DNA of 64,000 nucleotides from Dehalococcoidia bacterium (GTDB lineage Bacteria; Chloroflexota; Dehalococcoidia; Lucifugimonadales; UBA1123): assembly GCA_965197685.1 (NCBI GenBank), contig CBDANP010000006.1, positions 621,655 through 685,654 of the forward strand, read 5' to 3'. Within the stretch, counting starts at the first letter, position 1. Every line of letters starts with the position of its first letter. The notes under the pieces are model-generated. The model made no database searches, was not told the DNA's origin, and was given only the letters and a program-made list of their open reading frames with translations. A program made the position numbers and the translations under genes. Positions 1 through 9,732 of the stretch are shown in pieces.

Positions 1-246
1 ATTGAACGCGCTCTGAGTGAGCATGTTTGGAAAGTAGCCTATCCAATGCTCTGACACATGACGAACGAAAGCGCGCTCAGAAGTCCCAAACCACTGACCG
101 CACAGAGTCAGAGTAAGAACCTCGCTGTCAGACAGTTCAGGGCGCCTGCCGGGACGAATCGGCTTGCGGCAGACATAATATCGCTTATAGAGGTCGTCAA
201 CTATCGTGTACAATGCGGTCAGGAAAGCGTCAAGGTCTAAGGTCAT
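1..246 (-). CDS. IS982-family DDE transposase, N-terminal part (truncated by window edge)
   Basis: Reverse-strand translation from ATG 246-244 reads MTLDLDAFLTALYTIVDDLYKR..., matching MTLDFDAFLTALYTIVDDLYKR of the full copy at 16473. Confidence 0.75.
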   Translation of the reverse strand, partial: MTLDLDAFLTALYTIVDDLYKRYYVCRKPIRPGRRPELSDSEVLTLTLCGQWFGTSERAFVRHVSEHWIGYFPNMLTQSAFN

Positions 247-348
247 CGCCAGCCTCCTTTTGTCGGGTAAGGCCAGCGTACACCATCCCTTGACGCTTTC
301 CACTTTCTTCAGTTGTTAATATGCATCACCCGTTCAAGGGAGAGGGGG
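1..348 (-). mobile_element. IS982-family insertion sequence, partial copy (left end only; the rest lies beyond the window start)
   Basis: The reverse complement aligns by eye (roughly 90% nt) with the left end of the complete copy at 16372-17523. The terminal repeat core ACGGGTGATGCA(T/C)ATT preceded by a C-rich tract lies at 318-348, followed by AAGGAGG and ATG. The listed + ORF 58-240 is the antisense shadow of the transposase gene. Confidence 0.8.
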
Positions 349-457
349 CTTTTGCAATCGTCTCGGTTGGGAACTGAGCTTGAATCGCGCTGCGGTCTGT
401 CTATACAATGTTCAGACGCGAATCGCCCTGTCCCAGGTTATTTCAGGATACGAGAAC

Positions 458-814
458 ATGGAAGCCCATCAGCTTGTCAAGCTCGAAACGAACGAGAATA
501 TAGACGCATTCACCCCCGGCGACAGCGTGCAGGTCGGCGTGCGGGTTACTGAGGCGAACCGGACGCGGACGCAGGTTTTCGAGGGCGTGGTCATACGCAC
601 CCGGGGAAGCGGGCCGGGCACCTCGTTCACGGTTCGCCGCGTCAGCTATGAGATCGGTGTCGAGCGCACGTTTATGCTGCATTCGCCGAACGTTGAATAT
701 GTCAAGTTGATACGGAGGGGGCGTGTGCGTCGCGCGCGGCTCTACTATCTGCGCGGCAGATCGGGACGCGCAGCCCGCATCAGGGAAGACCGGAGAGAAC
801 GCGCCCGCAGATAG
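458..814 (+). CDS. rplS: 50S ribosomal protein L19
   Basis: [35 protein letters not shown]...[16 protein letters not shown] is typical L19. The start is moved to ATG 458 (MEAHQL...) inside the longer listed ORF 380-814. Confidence 0.93.
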   Translation: MEAHQLVKLETNENIDAFTPGDSVQVGVRVTEANRTRTQVFEGVVIRTRGSGPGTSFTVRRVSYEIGVERTFMLHSPNVEYVKLIRRGRVRRARLYYLRGRSGRAARIREDRRERARR

Positions 815-880
815 GGCGAGTCGCCATTTCCTGAACTCAAAAATATCTCCCGGTGAATCTACGCGGGGGTTCGCGGTCTT

Positions 881-3322
881 ATGAGATACGCCGAAATCGC
901 CGTGGACGCTCCAACCGGGCACTCACAGACTTTCAGCTACCACATTCCAGAGGACATGAGCCTCGCGCCGGGCCAATTGGTGCGTGTGCCATTTGGCGTT
1001 CGTGCGTTGCAGGGCATCGTCTTTGAGATTACTTCCACGCCCCAGGTTGCGGAGACACGTCCGGTTTCCAGTACGCTATCGGATGTTCCGGTACTTGCTC
1101 CACACCAGATTTCGCTCGCGCGCTGGATAAGCGACTACTACATCTGCTCCCTCTTCGACGCAGCCGCGCCGATGCTTCCGCCGGGCGCGAGAACCCGGAC
1201 TCGCACCATTCTTTCCATCAACCCTGAGTTCGACGACCCTGAATCGGCGGTCCAGAATGAACTGCAAGCCCAAATTATAGGAATCATCCGCAACCAAGAG
1301 TCTATGGATATGGAGCGTCTGATGTCCAGGCTTGGAGAGAGGGCGCGGAGCGCGGTTGTCAGTCTTGTTCGCAGGGAGGTACTGCGGCGGCGGTCGCGGA
1401 CGAACCGCGCCGCCATCGGCCCGCGATACGTGGAGCATCTGCGGGTGAACCCGGACGCGCTGGGAGAGATAGCCAGCTGGCTCTCGACAGACGGGAAGCG
1501 GGCGCCACGCCAGTCGGAGCTTGTAACAAGGCTCGCGGAGTCCGACGAGCCTGTGGTTGCGTCGGAAGTGAGAAGAGAGTTCAGCGGAACGATAGTCAAT
1601 ACTCTCCTGAAGCGTGGCTGGCTGGAGATAGAGAAGACGCAGGTGTTCCGCGACCCGCTGGCCGAGCGCGTATTCGAGCGTGAGCCTTCGGTCTCGCTCT
1701 CGCCGCGCCAGTCGGCAATCACGGCAGACGTAATCGAGACGCTCCGTGACTCCAACAGACGGCCCAGGGTCTTTCTTGTGCAGGGGGTAACGGGAAGCGG
1801 CAAGACGGAGATATATCTGCGCGCGGTGGAGGAATGTCTCGCGCTGGGAAAGCAGGCGGTAGTGATGGTGCCTGAAATATCTCTGACGCCGCAGACTATC
1901 GAGCGGTTCGCAAGCCGGTTCGAGGGGAAGGTGGCGGCGCTGCACAGCGGGCTGAGCGACGGACAGCGCTATGACCAGTGGTGGGGGATAAAGGATGGAC
2001 GCTATCCCATCGTGGTGGGATCGCGCAGTTCGGTATTCGCTCCGCTTTCCAATCCGGGCCTTCTCGTACTGGACGAGGAACACGAGTGGACGTACAAGCA
2101 GCACGACGCTGCGCCCAGGTATCACGCGAGGGATGTGGCGATACGGCTGGGAAGGATGACGGGCGGGGTGACGCTCATGGGCAGCGCGTCGCCGGACGTA
2201 GCATCCTATTACGGGGGCCTGCGTGGTGAGTACAAGCTGCATACTCTACCTGAGCGGCTCGGCAGCCGGATTGACGGCTCAGCAGTGGTATCGCCTCTGC
2301 CGGACGTGGAGATTGTGGACATGAGGGGCGAACTGCGCGATGGCAATACGGGGATATTTTCGCGGACGCTGGAGACCGAGATAGAGTCCTGCCTGGAGCG
2401 GGGGAGACAAGCGATCCTGTTCCTGAACCGGCGCGGGACGGCGTCGCAAATGCAGTGCAGAAGCTGCGGCCACAGAATAAGCTGTCGGAGCTGCGACGTT
2501 CCGCTGACGTATCACAGGGCTATGCAGCGGCTGCTGTGCCACTACTGCGGACGCAGGCGGCGTATGCCGCGCAACTGTCCGGAGTGCCTGGGTTACAGAC
2601 TCAGTTTCTATGGCATAGGCACGCAGTCGGTAGCCGAGGAGGTGGCGCGGCTATTTCCGCGCGCGAGAGCGCTCAGGTGGGACCGCGACGCGACGCGCTA
2701 TCCGAGAGAGTACGAGGCGACCCTGTCCGGCTTCAGAAACGGGGACGCGGACATACTCATCGGGACGCAGATGATAGCCAAGGGGCTGCACCTGCCCGGC
2801 GTAACGCTGGTGGGGGTTGCGCTTGCGGACGTCGGTCTGAACATCCCTGACTTCAAGTCGAGCGAGAGGACTTTTCAGCTTCTGTGCCAAGTGGCGGGAA
2901 GGGCCGGACGCGGGAGCGAAACGGGTAAAGTGGTGTTCCAGACGTACCAGCCGGAGAACTACGCCATAGAGAGGGCGGCGGCGCAGGACTACGCCGGATT
3001 CTATTCAGCCGAGATGCGATACCGGCGTGAGCACAATAATCCGCCCTACTCGCGGCTCATAAGGCTGGTTCACTCTCACACGAACAACGCGACCTGCGAG
3101 TCGCGCGCGGTGAAGTTGGCGGAAGAGCTGCGTTCGGCGCGAAGAAACGCGGACATGGCGAATATAGAGATACTTGGGCCAACACCGCCCTATCCGGCCA
3201 GGCTTCGCGGGCGGTACAGATGGCACATTGTTCTGAGAGGCCGCGAGCCGAGGGCGTTGCTGGATATGGTGACCACTCCGCAGGGGTGGAGCGTGGACGT
3301 GGACCCTGTGGCGCTTACATAA
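881..3322 (+). CDS. priA: primosomal protein N' (replication restart helicase PriA)
   Basis: Walker [13 protein letters not shown], the LDEEHEWTYKQ box and a Cys-rich zinc insert (CRSCGHRISCRSCDVPLTYH...CHYCG...CPEC). Length 813 aa. Confidence 0.93.
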   Translation: MRYAEIAVDAPTGHSQTFSYHIPEDMSLAPGQLVRVPFGVRALQGIVFEITSTPQVAETRPVSSTLSDVPVLAPHQISLARWISDYYICSLFDAAAPMLPPGARTRTRTILSINPEFDDPESAVQNELQAQIIGIIRNQESMDMERLMSRLGERARSAVVSLVRREVLRRRSRTNRAAIGPRYVEHLRVNPDALGEIASWLSTDGKRAPRQSELVTRLAESDEPVVASEVRREFSGTIVNTLLKRGWLEIEKTQVFRDPLAERVFEREPSVSLSPRQSAITADVIETLRDSNRRPRVFLVQGVTGSGKTEIYLRAVEECLALGKQAVVMVPEISLTPQTIERFASRFEGKVAALHSGLSDGQRYDQWWGIKDGRYPIVVGSRSSVFAPLSNPGLLVLDEEHEWTYKQHDAAPRYHARDVAIRLGRMTGGVTLMGSASPDVASYYGGLRGEYKLHTLPERLGSRIDGSAVVSPLPDVEIVDMRGELRDGNTGIFSRTLETEIESCLERGRQAILFLNRRGTASQMQCRSCGHRISCRSCDVPLTYHRAMQRLLCHYCGRRRRMPRNCPECLGYRLSFYGIGTQSVAEEVARLFPRARALRWDRDATRYPREYEATLSGFRNGDADILIGTQMIAKGLHLPGVTLVGVALADVGLNIPDFKSSERTFQLLCQVAGRAGRGSETGKVVFQTYQPENYAIERAAAQDYAGFYSAEMRYRREHNNPPYSRLIRLVHSHTNNATCESRAVKLAEELRSARRNADMANIEILGPTPPYPARLRGRYRWHIVLRGREPRALLDMVTTPQGWSVDVDPVALT

Positions 3323-3332
3323 GAGCGTCGGT

Positions 3333-3791
3333 TCAGGAGTCTGCGGCCACCGACATTGCTCCAAGATAGTTGGCGATGTGGATTTTGACCGGATCGAGAT
3401 AGTCTCGCGCGGTTTCCATCATTTCTAAAAGCCCATCGAGAGCAACCCAGCGGCACATATCAATATCTTCGGAGACGTCGGGGGTCAGCGGGTCCGTGAG
3501 TTCGCCCGCGTAGTCGAGGATGAACCAGTCCACGGTCTTGTTCACCGGGCCGTAGGAGTAGTAGGAAATGTAGCTTGAGTGGCAGAGGGGCTGGCGAATG
3601 GAGAGGAGATCCTTATCGAGTCCGGTCTCCTCGGAGATCTCGCGGAGGGCGCAGTTCTCGGTGGGTTCGCGCTTTTTGACTTTACCCTTGGGAAGGTCCC
3701 ATTTCCGGTGTTTTCTGATAAGTAATGCGTGGCCACCGCAGAGGACAATCCCCCCGGCGGCTGGCATCAGCGGCAGTTCATCTCTATTCAT
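3333..3791 (-). CDS. NUDIX hydrolase
   Basis: Nudix box GKVKKREPTENCALREISEETGL. The start overlaps the PPK2 stop by 8 nt (operon). Confidence 0.85.
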   Translation of the reverse strand: MNRDELPLMPAAGGIVLCGGHALLIRKHRKWDLPKGKVKKREPTENCALREISEETGLDKDLLSIRQPLCHSSYISYYSYGPVNKTVDWFILDYAGELTDPLTPDVSEDIDMCRWVALDGLLEMMETARDYLDPVKIHIANYLGAMSVAADS

Positions 3792-4659
3792 GCATATGTA
3801 TCCGTTCCAATATGGCTGCCTGATCAGCGTTCAGTCCGGTGAACAGGACGCCGTCCACAACCATATCTATTTTCTTTTCGTTAATCCGTTCAAGATGGTG
3901 CAATTCTATGTCGGTATCGCTTCCGTCGTAGTCGAAGCGGCTTAGAATGCAGTGAATGGCGTTCAGACGGGCCTGGTGCTTGTTGTCGGAGTTGATGATA
4001 ATCCAGGGGGCGTAGTCGGTGGAAGTGACCGCGAACATTCTCTCTTTGAAGTATGTGAGCAGGTTCCAGCGTTCGGAGACCTTGCGGTCGTTCACGGAGT
4101 ATTTCCAGTATTGCAGTTCGCTGCGGCGGCGCAGCGTGAACCGCAGTTCCTGTGATTCGCGGGACACCGACAGGTATATTTTCAGGAGAGAGATGCCTTC
4201 GTCAACCAGGGCATTCTCCCAGTCGTTCACCTTGCTCATAAAGTAGTGGTACTGTCTCATGGAGCAGTATCCCATGGCGGGCTGAACGAGGGCGCGAGAA
4301 TACCAGGAGCGGTCGAAAACCGTTATGTTGCCTTTGGGCGGCATCATATTGTAATGCACGCCGAGCCAGTTTCGCATTTCGCTGGGACTCGGTATTCCCT
4401 GGTTGATTATCCTGGCGGATTTGGGATTGAGGTATCGCGCGATGCCTGAGGCTGTTCCGCCCTTGCCCGCGGCGTCTCTGCCTTCCAGCACTATGGCTAT
4501 GCGCTCCCCCCGCTCCATAACCCACTCTTGCATGAGCAAGAGCTGGACTCGCAATTCGCGCAATTCGGCGCGATATTCAAGGTACTGAATATCGCGAAAT
4601 GCGGGAACGTCATACACGGTCGCCGCCGTTTCTGGCAAGATGCTTGAATTATCGCGCAT
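3784..4659 (-). CDS. ppk2: polyphosphate kinase 2 family protein
   Basis: IVLEGRDAAGKGGT P-loop-like motif and FDRSWYSR, both typical PPK2. Length 291 aa. Confidence 0.88.
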   Translation of the reverse strand: MRDNSSILPETAATVYDVPAFRDIQYLEYRAELRELRVQLLLMQEWVMERGERIAIVLEGRDAAGKGGTASGIARYLNPKSARIINQGIPSPSEMRNWLGVHYNMMPPKGNITVFDRSWYSRALVQPAMGYCSMRQYHYFMSKVNDWENALVDEGISLLKIYLSVSRESQELRFTLRRRSELQYWKYSVNDRKVSERWNLLTYFKERMFAVTSTDYAPWIIINSDNKHQARLNAIHCILSRFDYDGSDTDIELHHLERINEKKIDMVVDGVLFTGLNADQAAILERIHMHE

Positions 4660-4884
4660 CTAATAGAACAACCATTGACTACGCCGGGGTAAACTACCAC
4701 GACCTATGAATACAGCGTTAGTATCGTACATAGGGCGCAATTTAGTGTCAATAAAAACATGTCGTCCGAAGTGGGATGTCGGGTCAGGCATCATGCCCGG
4801 GGTGATGACCGGACGTGTGAAACGACAGGGGCGGTCACTATAAGGTCAGGGCCGCCCCCGTGTTCGTTTCAGTATTTCGGAAGG

Positions 4885-5874
4885 CTAGAGATTGAACTGC
4901 GGGTCCAGGTAGTTCTTCTCTTTGGCATAGACCTGGATCCGGCCGCGAGTGGAGTCGGTGACGATTAGACGGTCCTCGGAGTCCACCGCCAGGCCGACCG
5001 GTCGCTCGAACAAGCCAAGCGAGGTTCTGTCCTTGACGCGCCTGTAAGCCTTGCCCGCGTCGGGGTTGGAGTTGATGACCTCGGCGGCCCATTTGCTGAA
5101 CTCCACGGCGTCGCCGTAGAGCGCGGTTATGACAGAGCCGTCGGGAGCGTAAATCTGGATTCTCTTATTGCCCCAGTCGGAGACATACACGTCGCCTTCG
5201 CTGTCAACGGCAACGCTGGCGGGATGGTTCAGGTCGCCGCCGTTGTCCTGGTCGGGGCCTCCGAAGGTCAGGAGCAGGTCGCCGTCGGGAGAGAACTTGC
5301 GAACGCTGCTGCTGCCCCAGTCGGCGACGTAGATATTGTCGTCAGAGTCAAGGCCGATACCCCACGGGGAATTGAGATGGCCCTCGCCGATTGTGGCGAT
5401 ATACTGGCCGTCGGTCGTGAATTTCTGGACGCGGTTGTTCTTGGCGTCAACAACCAGCAGGTTGCCGTCGGCGTCAATGGCAAGCCCGGACGGGCCGTCC
5501 AACTGGCCCTCGCCGGAACCTGCTCCGCCCCATTCGCCGATCTCTTCGCCGTCTTCGTTGAAGACGCATATCTTGTTCTCGAATTCTTCCGAGCAGTATA
5601 TGTTGCCGCTCGAATCCAGCGCCAGGCAGGCAGGCCAGGTCATTCCCCTGGCGAAATCGCCTATGAATTCCTGGTCTATGGTGAGTTTGCCGATGCGCTT
5701 GTTCTGGGCGGTAACGCCGCCGATGCCCTCCTGTCCCCGGCTGAGGACGTACAAGACTCCATCGGGTCCGGCGGCCACATCCCACGGCTGGGTGAAGCCA
5801 TTTCCGGCAGCCGCGTTTCTGCCGATAGCGTGACTGAAGTTCCAAGTTCTTCCGGCTACGGTCGTAGTAAGCAT
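4885..5874 (-). CDS. NHL-repeat beta-propeller protein
   Basis: Six repeats of the type GxLxxPxGxAxDSxGNxYVxDxxNxRxQxF (for example SPWGIGLDSDDNIYVADWGSSSVRKF). Confidence 0.8.
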   Translation of the reverse strand: MLTTTVAGRTWNFSHAIGRNAAAGNGFTQPWDVAAGPDGVLYVLSRGQEGIGGVTAQNKRIGKLTIDQEFIGDFARGMTWPACLALDSSGNIYCSEEFENKICVFNEDGEEIGEWGGAGSGEGQLDGPSGLAIDADGNLLVVDAKNNRVQKFTTDGQYIATIGEGHLNSPWGIGLDSDDNIYVADWGSSSVRKFSPDGDLLLTFGGPDQDNGGDLNHPASVAVDSEGDVYVSDWGNKRIQIYAPDGSVITALYGDAVEFSKWAAEVINSNPDAGKAYRRVKDRTSLGLFERPVGLAVDSEDRLIVTDSTRGRIQVYAKEKNYLDPQFNL

Positions 5875-6012
5875 AGCGCCACCTCTGATTTCTCTCAGAC
5901 TGAATATCCCAGTAGATGCCTTCCAGCATCGCCAATAGTTTTTTCAAATAGGGACATTGTTCCCGTACAGCCCTCCGGTTTCTCAGAGGGCTGTACGAAA
6001 TGCTGTCAGCGA

Positions 6013-7161
6013 TTAGTGTCCGTTGGTCCGGATGAAGCCGGGGGCCTCGAACTGGCCGTTGACTATCGGGGACGCTTCCAGGTGGAGGTGTTCTTCGAGA
6101 ATCGTCGAGTACACGCCCCGGTAGTCCTGGTTGGGAACGAGGTCGCCCTGTTCCAGGGCTTCGGGCCTGGTATCGGGATACTCGGAGTACATTCCGCCCT
6201 TGATCCTGGGGCCGAGCGCGAAGGCTACACCGGCGGCGCCGTGGTCGGTGCCGGAGCCGTTGTCGCGGACGCGGCGTCCGAACTCACTGAACATGAACAT
6301 GATGACGTTCTGGTCAGCGTCATGCTCGCGCAGGTCGTCCCAGAAGTCGGCGACGGCTTCGGATACGTCCTGCCATAGCTTGGCGTGGGCGGTGGACTGC
6401 GCGGCGTGGGTGTCGAAGGAGCCGTAGTCGCAGTAGAAGATGCGGGTTCCAACGTCGGCGGTGTGTATCTGGGCGATGTCGCGGAGCTTGGCGGCGACGG
6501 GGGTCGCGCCGTACTCGACGCTGGACTCGTACTTGTCAGGAGCGATCTTGAGAATGTCGGCGCCCTTGAGCGCGTCGAGGCCGGTCTGGCCTAGATAGTC
6601 CATGACAGGGCCGCTGCCGACGGCGGGGCCGTACATATTCGAGAAGCGCTCGAGCATCTTGTTGCGCTGGTCTTCCTGCTCGATGCTGGTGAGCAGGCCG
6701 TATGTCGAAAGATCGGCGACGGACGCGACCGAGACGCCCGGGGTTACCAGCGCCCTGGGGAGGGCCTGTCCGATGTTGACCGTGGTTACGGGATTCTCTC
6801 CGGTGGGGTCGATTTCGCGGGTCGCGCGGCCCAGCCAGCCCTCGGTTCCGACCTTGTCCGGCTCACAGGTGTGCCAGATGTCCATGGATCGGAAGTGCGA
6901 CCTGGGCGAGTTGGCGTAGCCGATGCCGTGTATGACGGCCATGTCGCCCTGCTGGTATATGTCTTTCATCGGGCCCATGGCGGGGTGCATTCCAAGCTCG
7001 TCATCCAACTTCAGGACGCGGTCCTGCGGGATCTGGAGCGAACGTCTGCTGTCGTAGTAATTCTGGTCGTTGTAGGGAATGACCGTGTTGAAGTAGTCGT
7101 TTCCGCCGGTGAGCTGGAGCACAACCAAAACCGGGGGCTTCCCATTTCCATTGGCAGCCAT
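6013..7161 (-). CDS. DUF1501 domain protein (sulfatase-like fold)
   Basis: N-terminal LQLTGGNDYFNTVIPY and C-terminal FSEFGRRVRDNGSGTDHG are the characteristic DUF1501 motifs. It is paired with DUF1800 upstream, as is usual. Confidence 0.85.
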   Translation of the reverse strand: MAANGNGKPPVLVVLQLTGGNDYFNTVIPYNDQNYYDSRRSLQIPQDRVLKLDDELGMHPAMGPMKDIYQQGDMAVIHGIGYANSPRSHFRSMDIWHTCEPDKVGTEGWLGRATREIDPTGENPVTTVNIGQALPRALVTPGVSVASVADLSTYGLLTSIEQEDQRNKMLERFSNMYGPAVGSGPVMDYLGQTGLDALKGADILKIAPDKYESSVEYGATPVAAKLRDIAQIHTADVGTRIFYCDYGSFDTHAAQSTAHAKLWQDVSEAVADFWDDLREHDADQNVIMFMFSEFGRRVRDNGSGTDHGAAGVAFALGPRIKGGMYSEYPDTRPEALEQGDLVPNQDYRGVYSTILEEHLHLEASPIVNGQFEAPGFIRTNGH

Positions 7162-7237
7162 TGTATTCTCCTTTTATCTGTGGGGCCGTAGCCGGACGCG
7201 GAGTGCGTCCGGCAGTTCACGGTTCTGATGATTGTCT

Positions 7238-8635
7238 CTAGCCGAACTGGTACTCTCTGGTCGCGGCGATAAGCGAGAATGTCTCGGTGGTGCGGGTGTC
7301 GAAGTCGTCCGCGTCCACGCTTATGTCACCGCCGCCCGCCACGTGGGAGACCAACTCGCGGTGTGTGCGCTGGTCAACTTCCATGGGGCCCATGGCGTCA
7401 AGGCAGCGGTCCACAAGCTCTTCGGCGGTCATGACCGCGCCATTGGAGCCTACGTAGTCCACCATTTCCCTGACACCCGGAAGGTTGGTGTCGTTCATGC
7501 GGTCGGCGACGAAATTAACGCGCTTGACCAGCGATCCGCTGTTTATCCACTCGTGTCCGGTATGCCAGCCTTCGACGCTGGGTGGGTCGAGGATGTCCTG
7601 GCCCATGTAGCCAGGCTCTTTCCCCAGACCTTCGAGGCGCGGGTCCGGTCCGGTCAGGTCTTTGGTGAGCCTGAGCGTGCCAACGACGACCTCGGTCGGG
7701 CTCTTCACCTTCTGGTACTGGGCCTCTTTGAAATAGTCGGAGTTGAAAAGCTGGCGCAGCACGGGCGTAATCTCGTAGTTGCCATCCACCAAGGTCTTAG
7801 ACAACTCGTTGATAGCCTCGGGGTTGCGCGGCTCCTCGATGTTCCAGGCCGGAACCTGCGGCTCGTCGGCAACGAAGAAGTTGTACATATGCCGTGTTAT
7901 GAACCTGGGGCAGGCGGGCTGCTGGAGGACTATGTCAATGATGTCCTCGCCGTCGAGGTTGCCGGTGTGCCCGAGGAAAGTCTTCTCGGTATAGTCGTGG
8001 TCTTCCGGCCTGAAGCTGAACTTCCAGGGGTGGCGTCCGTATGGATACCTGGGCATTTTTGCGTCAATCGTCCAGCCGGTGAAAGCGCGGGAGCACTCAT
8101 ACACGTCGGTCTCGGTGTAGTGTCCGACGCCGAGGCTGAACAGTTCCAGAAGTTCGCGTCCCCAGTTCTCGTTGGGCGCGTGCTTGTGGTTCTCGTTGTT
8201 GTCCAGCCAGTAGATCATGGCTGGGTTCCTGGCAAGCTCGACCAGAAGGTCGCGGTAGTTCGCCATGCCGTAATCGCGGAACATATCTATCTGCTCGAGC
8301 AGGTGGTTGCAGTTGTCCACCTTGGCATTTCCGGTAGCGAAAACATGGTGCCAGAACAGCGCCATCTTCTCCTGCAAGGGGCGCTGGGTGGTGACCATCC
8401 AGTAGAGCCAGTTGGCCTGGCCCGGCGCCGCGGCACCGCCCGGAACCTCGGTAATCGGGTGGTAACGGTACAGCGAATACTCGTCCACCGGGGGCTTGGA
8501 TTCGGGATTGAGAAGCTCCTCAACGGTAGCCTCGTACCCCTTCTCACAGTAACGCTCGACCTCCTCCCTGGTGGCGCCGAATCCGGCGCGACGCATGAGG
8601 TGGGATATTAGCGCAATGTCTTCTCTGCTGGCCAT
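7238..8635 (-). CDS. DUF1800 domain protein
   Basis: N-terminal HLMRRAGFGATREEV and WLDNNENHK..PNENWGRELLELFSLG are typical DUF1800. It is the partner of DUF1501. Confidence 0.85.
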   Translation of the reverse strand: MASREDIALISHLMRRAGFGATREEVERYCEKGYEATVEELLNPESKPPVDEYSLYRYHPITEVPGGAAAPGQANWLYWMVTTQRPLQEKMALFWHHVFATGNAKVDNCNHLLEQIDMFRDYGMANYRDLLVELARNPAMIYWLDNNENHKHAPNENWGRELLELFSLGVGHYTETDVYECSRAFTGWTIDAKMPRYPYGRHPWKFSFRPEDHDYTEKTFLGHTGNLDGEDIIDIVLQQPACPRFITRHMYNFFVADEPQVPAWNIEEPRNPEAINELSKTLVDGNYEITPVLRQLFNSDYFKEAQYQKVKSPTEVVVGTLRLTKDLTGPDPRLEGLGKEPGYMGQDILDPPSVEGWHTGHEWINSGSLVKRVNFVADRMNDTNLPGVREMVDYVGSNGAVMTAEELVDRCLDAMGPMEVDQRTHRELVSHVAGGGDISVDADDFDTRTTETFSLIAATREYQFG

Positions 8636-8706
8636 AGTTTCCCTCCTTTCCTATCTCTAATCGAGTGTCGGATTATAGTCGGATTATACCTGTAAATACG
8701 TTGACG

Positions 8707-9210
8707 TTAATAATGGTTGGAAGGCGACGGGAAAGATTCCTCGCCCATGTCCTGGCACTGGGGACATATACCATAATAGTCGGTGCGCTGGCGAACCAGC
8801 CGGTATCCGGTGGCGCCGGATACTTTGTCCAGGGAAATATCGTCCTGGCCCTGCGCGTCCATGTCCTCGACAGAACGGCAATTCAGACAAACAAGGTGTG
8901 GATGGGAGTCCGGCCTGAGCCCGTCGTAGCGGTTGGCGGAGCCGCTGAATTCAAGTTCGAGAACCTGTCCGGCTTCCTTGAGCAGCTCGATGGTGTTGTA
9001 AATGGTCGCGAGGCTGGTGGTGGGGTATATGCGGCGCACTTCAGAATGAATCTCGTTGACGGTTGGATGGCGGTCTGTGGAGGCGAGTGTCTCCAGCACC
9101 TTCGCGCGTCGCGGGGTGATAGTTACGCCCAATTCCGACATGGAAGCGCGCATTTCTTTTACGCGATGCTGAACCTGAGTGTCCAAATTCGTCTCCTGAA
9201 CTAGGCCCAT
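8707..9210 (-). CDS. Fur-family metalloregulator (Fur/PerR/Zur type not resolved)
   Basis: Winged-helix region TPRRAKVLETLASTDRHPTVNEIHSEV and two CxxC pairs (HLVCLNCRSV, YGICPQCQ). The true start may be one of the internal Met residues. Confidence 0.85.
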   Translation of the reverse strand: MGLVQETNLDTQVQHRVKEMRASMSELGVTITPRRAKVLETLASTDRHPTVNEIHSEVRRIYPTTSLATIYNTIELLKEAGQVLELEFSGSANRYDGLRPDSHPHLVCLNCRSVEDMDAQGQDDISLDKVSGATGYRLVRQRTDYYGICPQCQDMGEESFPSPSNHY

Positions 9211-9387
9211 GGTCCGGGAGAGTTGCAGGGTTCCACCAAATTAGAACCATTCTAATACCATCGGCATAGGGTAAAATAACCCAGATAGTATAACTTGTCA
9301 AGTTTTATCCGAACGCGGCCAGGGTCTTTTCGATGCAGGCGCAGTGAATTTCGATTGGCGAGCGCGAAAGGCGTGCCGGCGTGGACT

Positions 9388-9732
9388 TTACGGCCCGGAT
9401 ATGATCCAGCGGCCGGTAGTGGCCTCTTCCAGTGAAAGGCCGTGGGATCCGCACACAGCGTGGAACTTGGAGGAGGCTCTGGAAGGGACATTGAGGAGTT
9501 CGATTCGAGGGACTCCACTTTTCAGCGGTTCGGACTGTTCGACAACTATGCGAATCAGTTCGTCGAAAAAGGTGGGAGCCATCGCAAGTTTGTCGAGCAG
9601 GTCGAAGACCAGCTTCAGGTCGCCTGGTACAAGCGCGGCTTCCGCTACCGCAGGCTCCAGAAGCCTGGCTGAGGAGCGGGAACTCAACGCTTTCGTCAGT
9701 ATGACGCTTCTTATCGGAATTGCGACCATCAT
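9388..9732 (-). CDS. STAS-like (DUF4325-like) small protein
   Basis: 114 aa. The pattern LKLVFDLLDKLAMAPTFFDELIRIVV matches the remembered DUF4325/STAS-like core (ldF.gv..isssFldEl.g.l). It has a 4-nt ATGA overlap with the upstream ATPase gene. Confidence 0.6.
   Translation of the reverse strand: MMVAIPIRSVILTKALSSRSSARLLEPAVAEAALVPGDLKLVFDLLDKLAMAPTFFDELIRIVVEQSEPLKSGVPRIELLNVPSRASSKFHAVCGSHGLSLEEATTGRWIISGP

Noticed and set aside
58-240. 60-aa ORFs at 58-240 (+) and 16479-16661 (-), which are similar to each other.
   Set aside because: Both are antisense to the 5' part of the IS982 transposase genes. Their similarity simply reflects the two IS copies.
4800-4884. Imperfect long hairpin (GAAACGAACACGGGGGCGG ... 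CCGCCCCTGTCGTTTC) downstream of the NHL gene as an intrinsic terminator.
   Set aside because: It has a 17-nt loop, bulges in the stem and no U-tract. It may still be a structural element but is not confidently a terminator.
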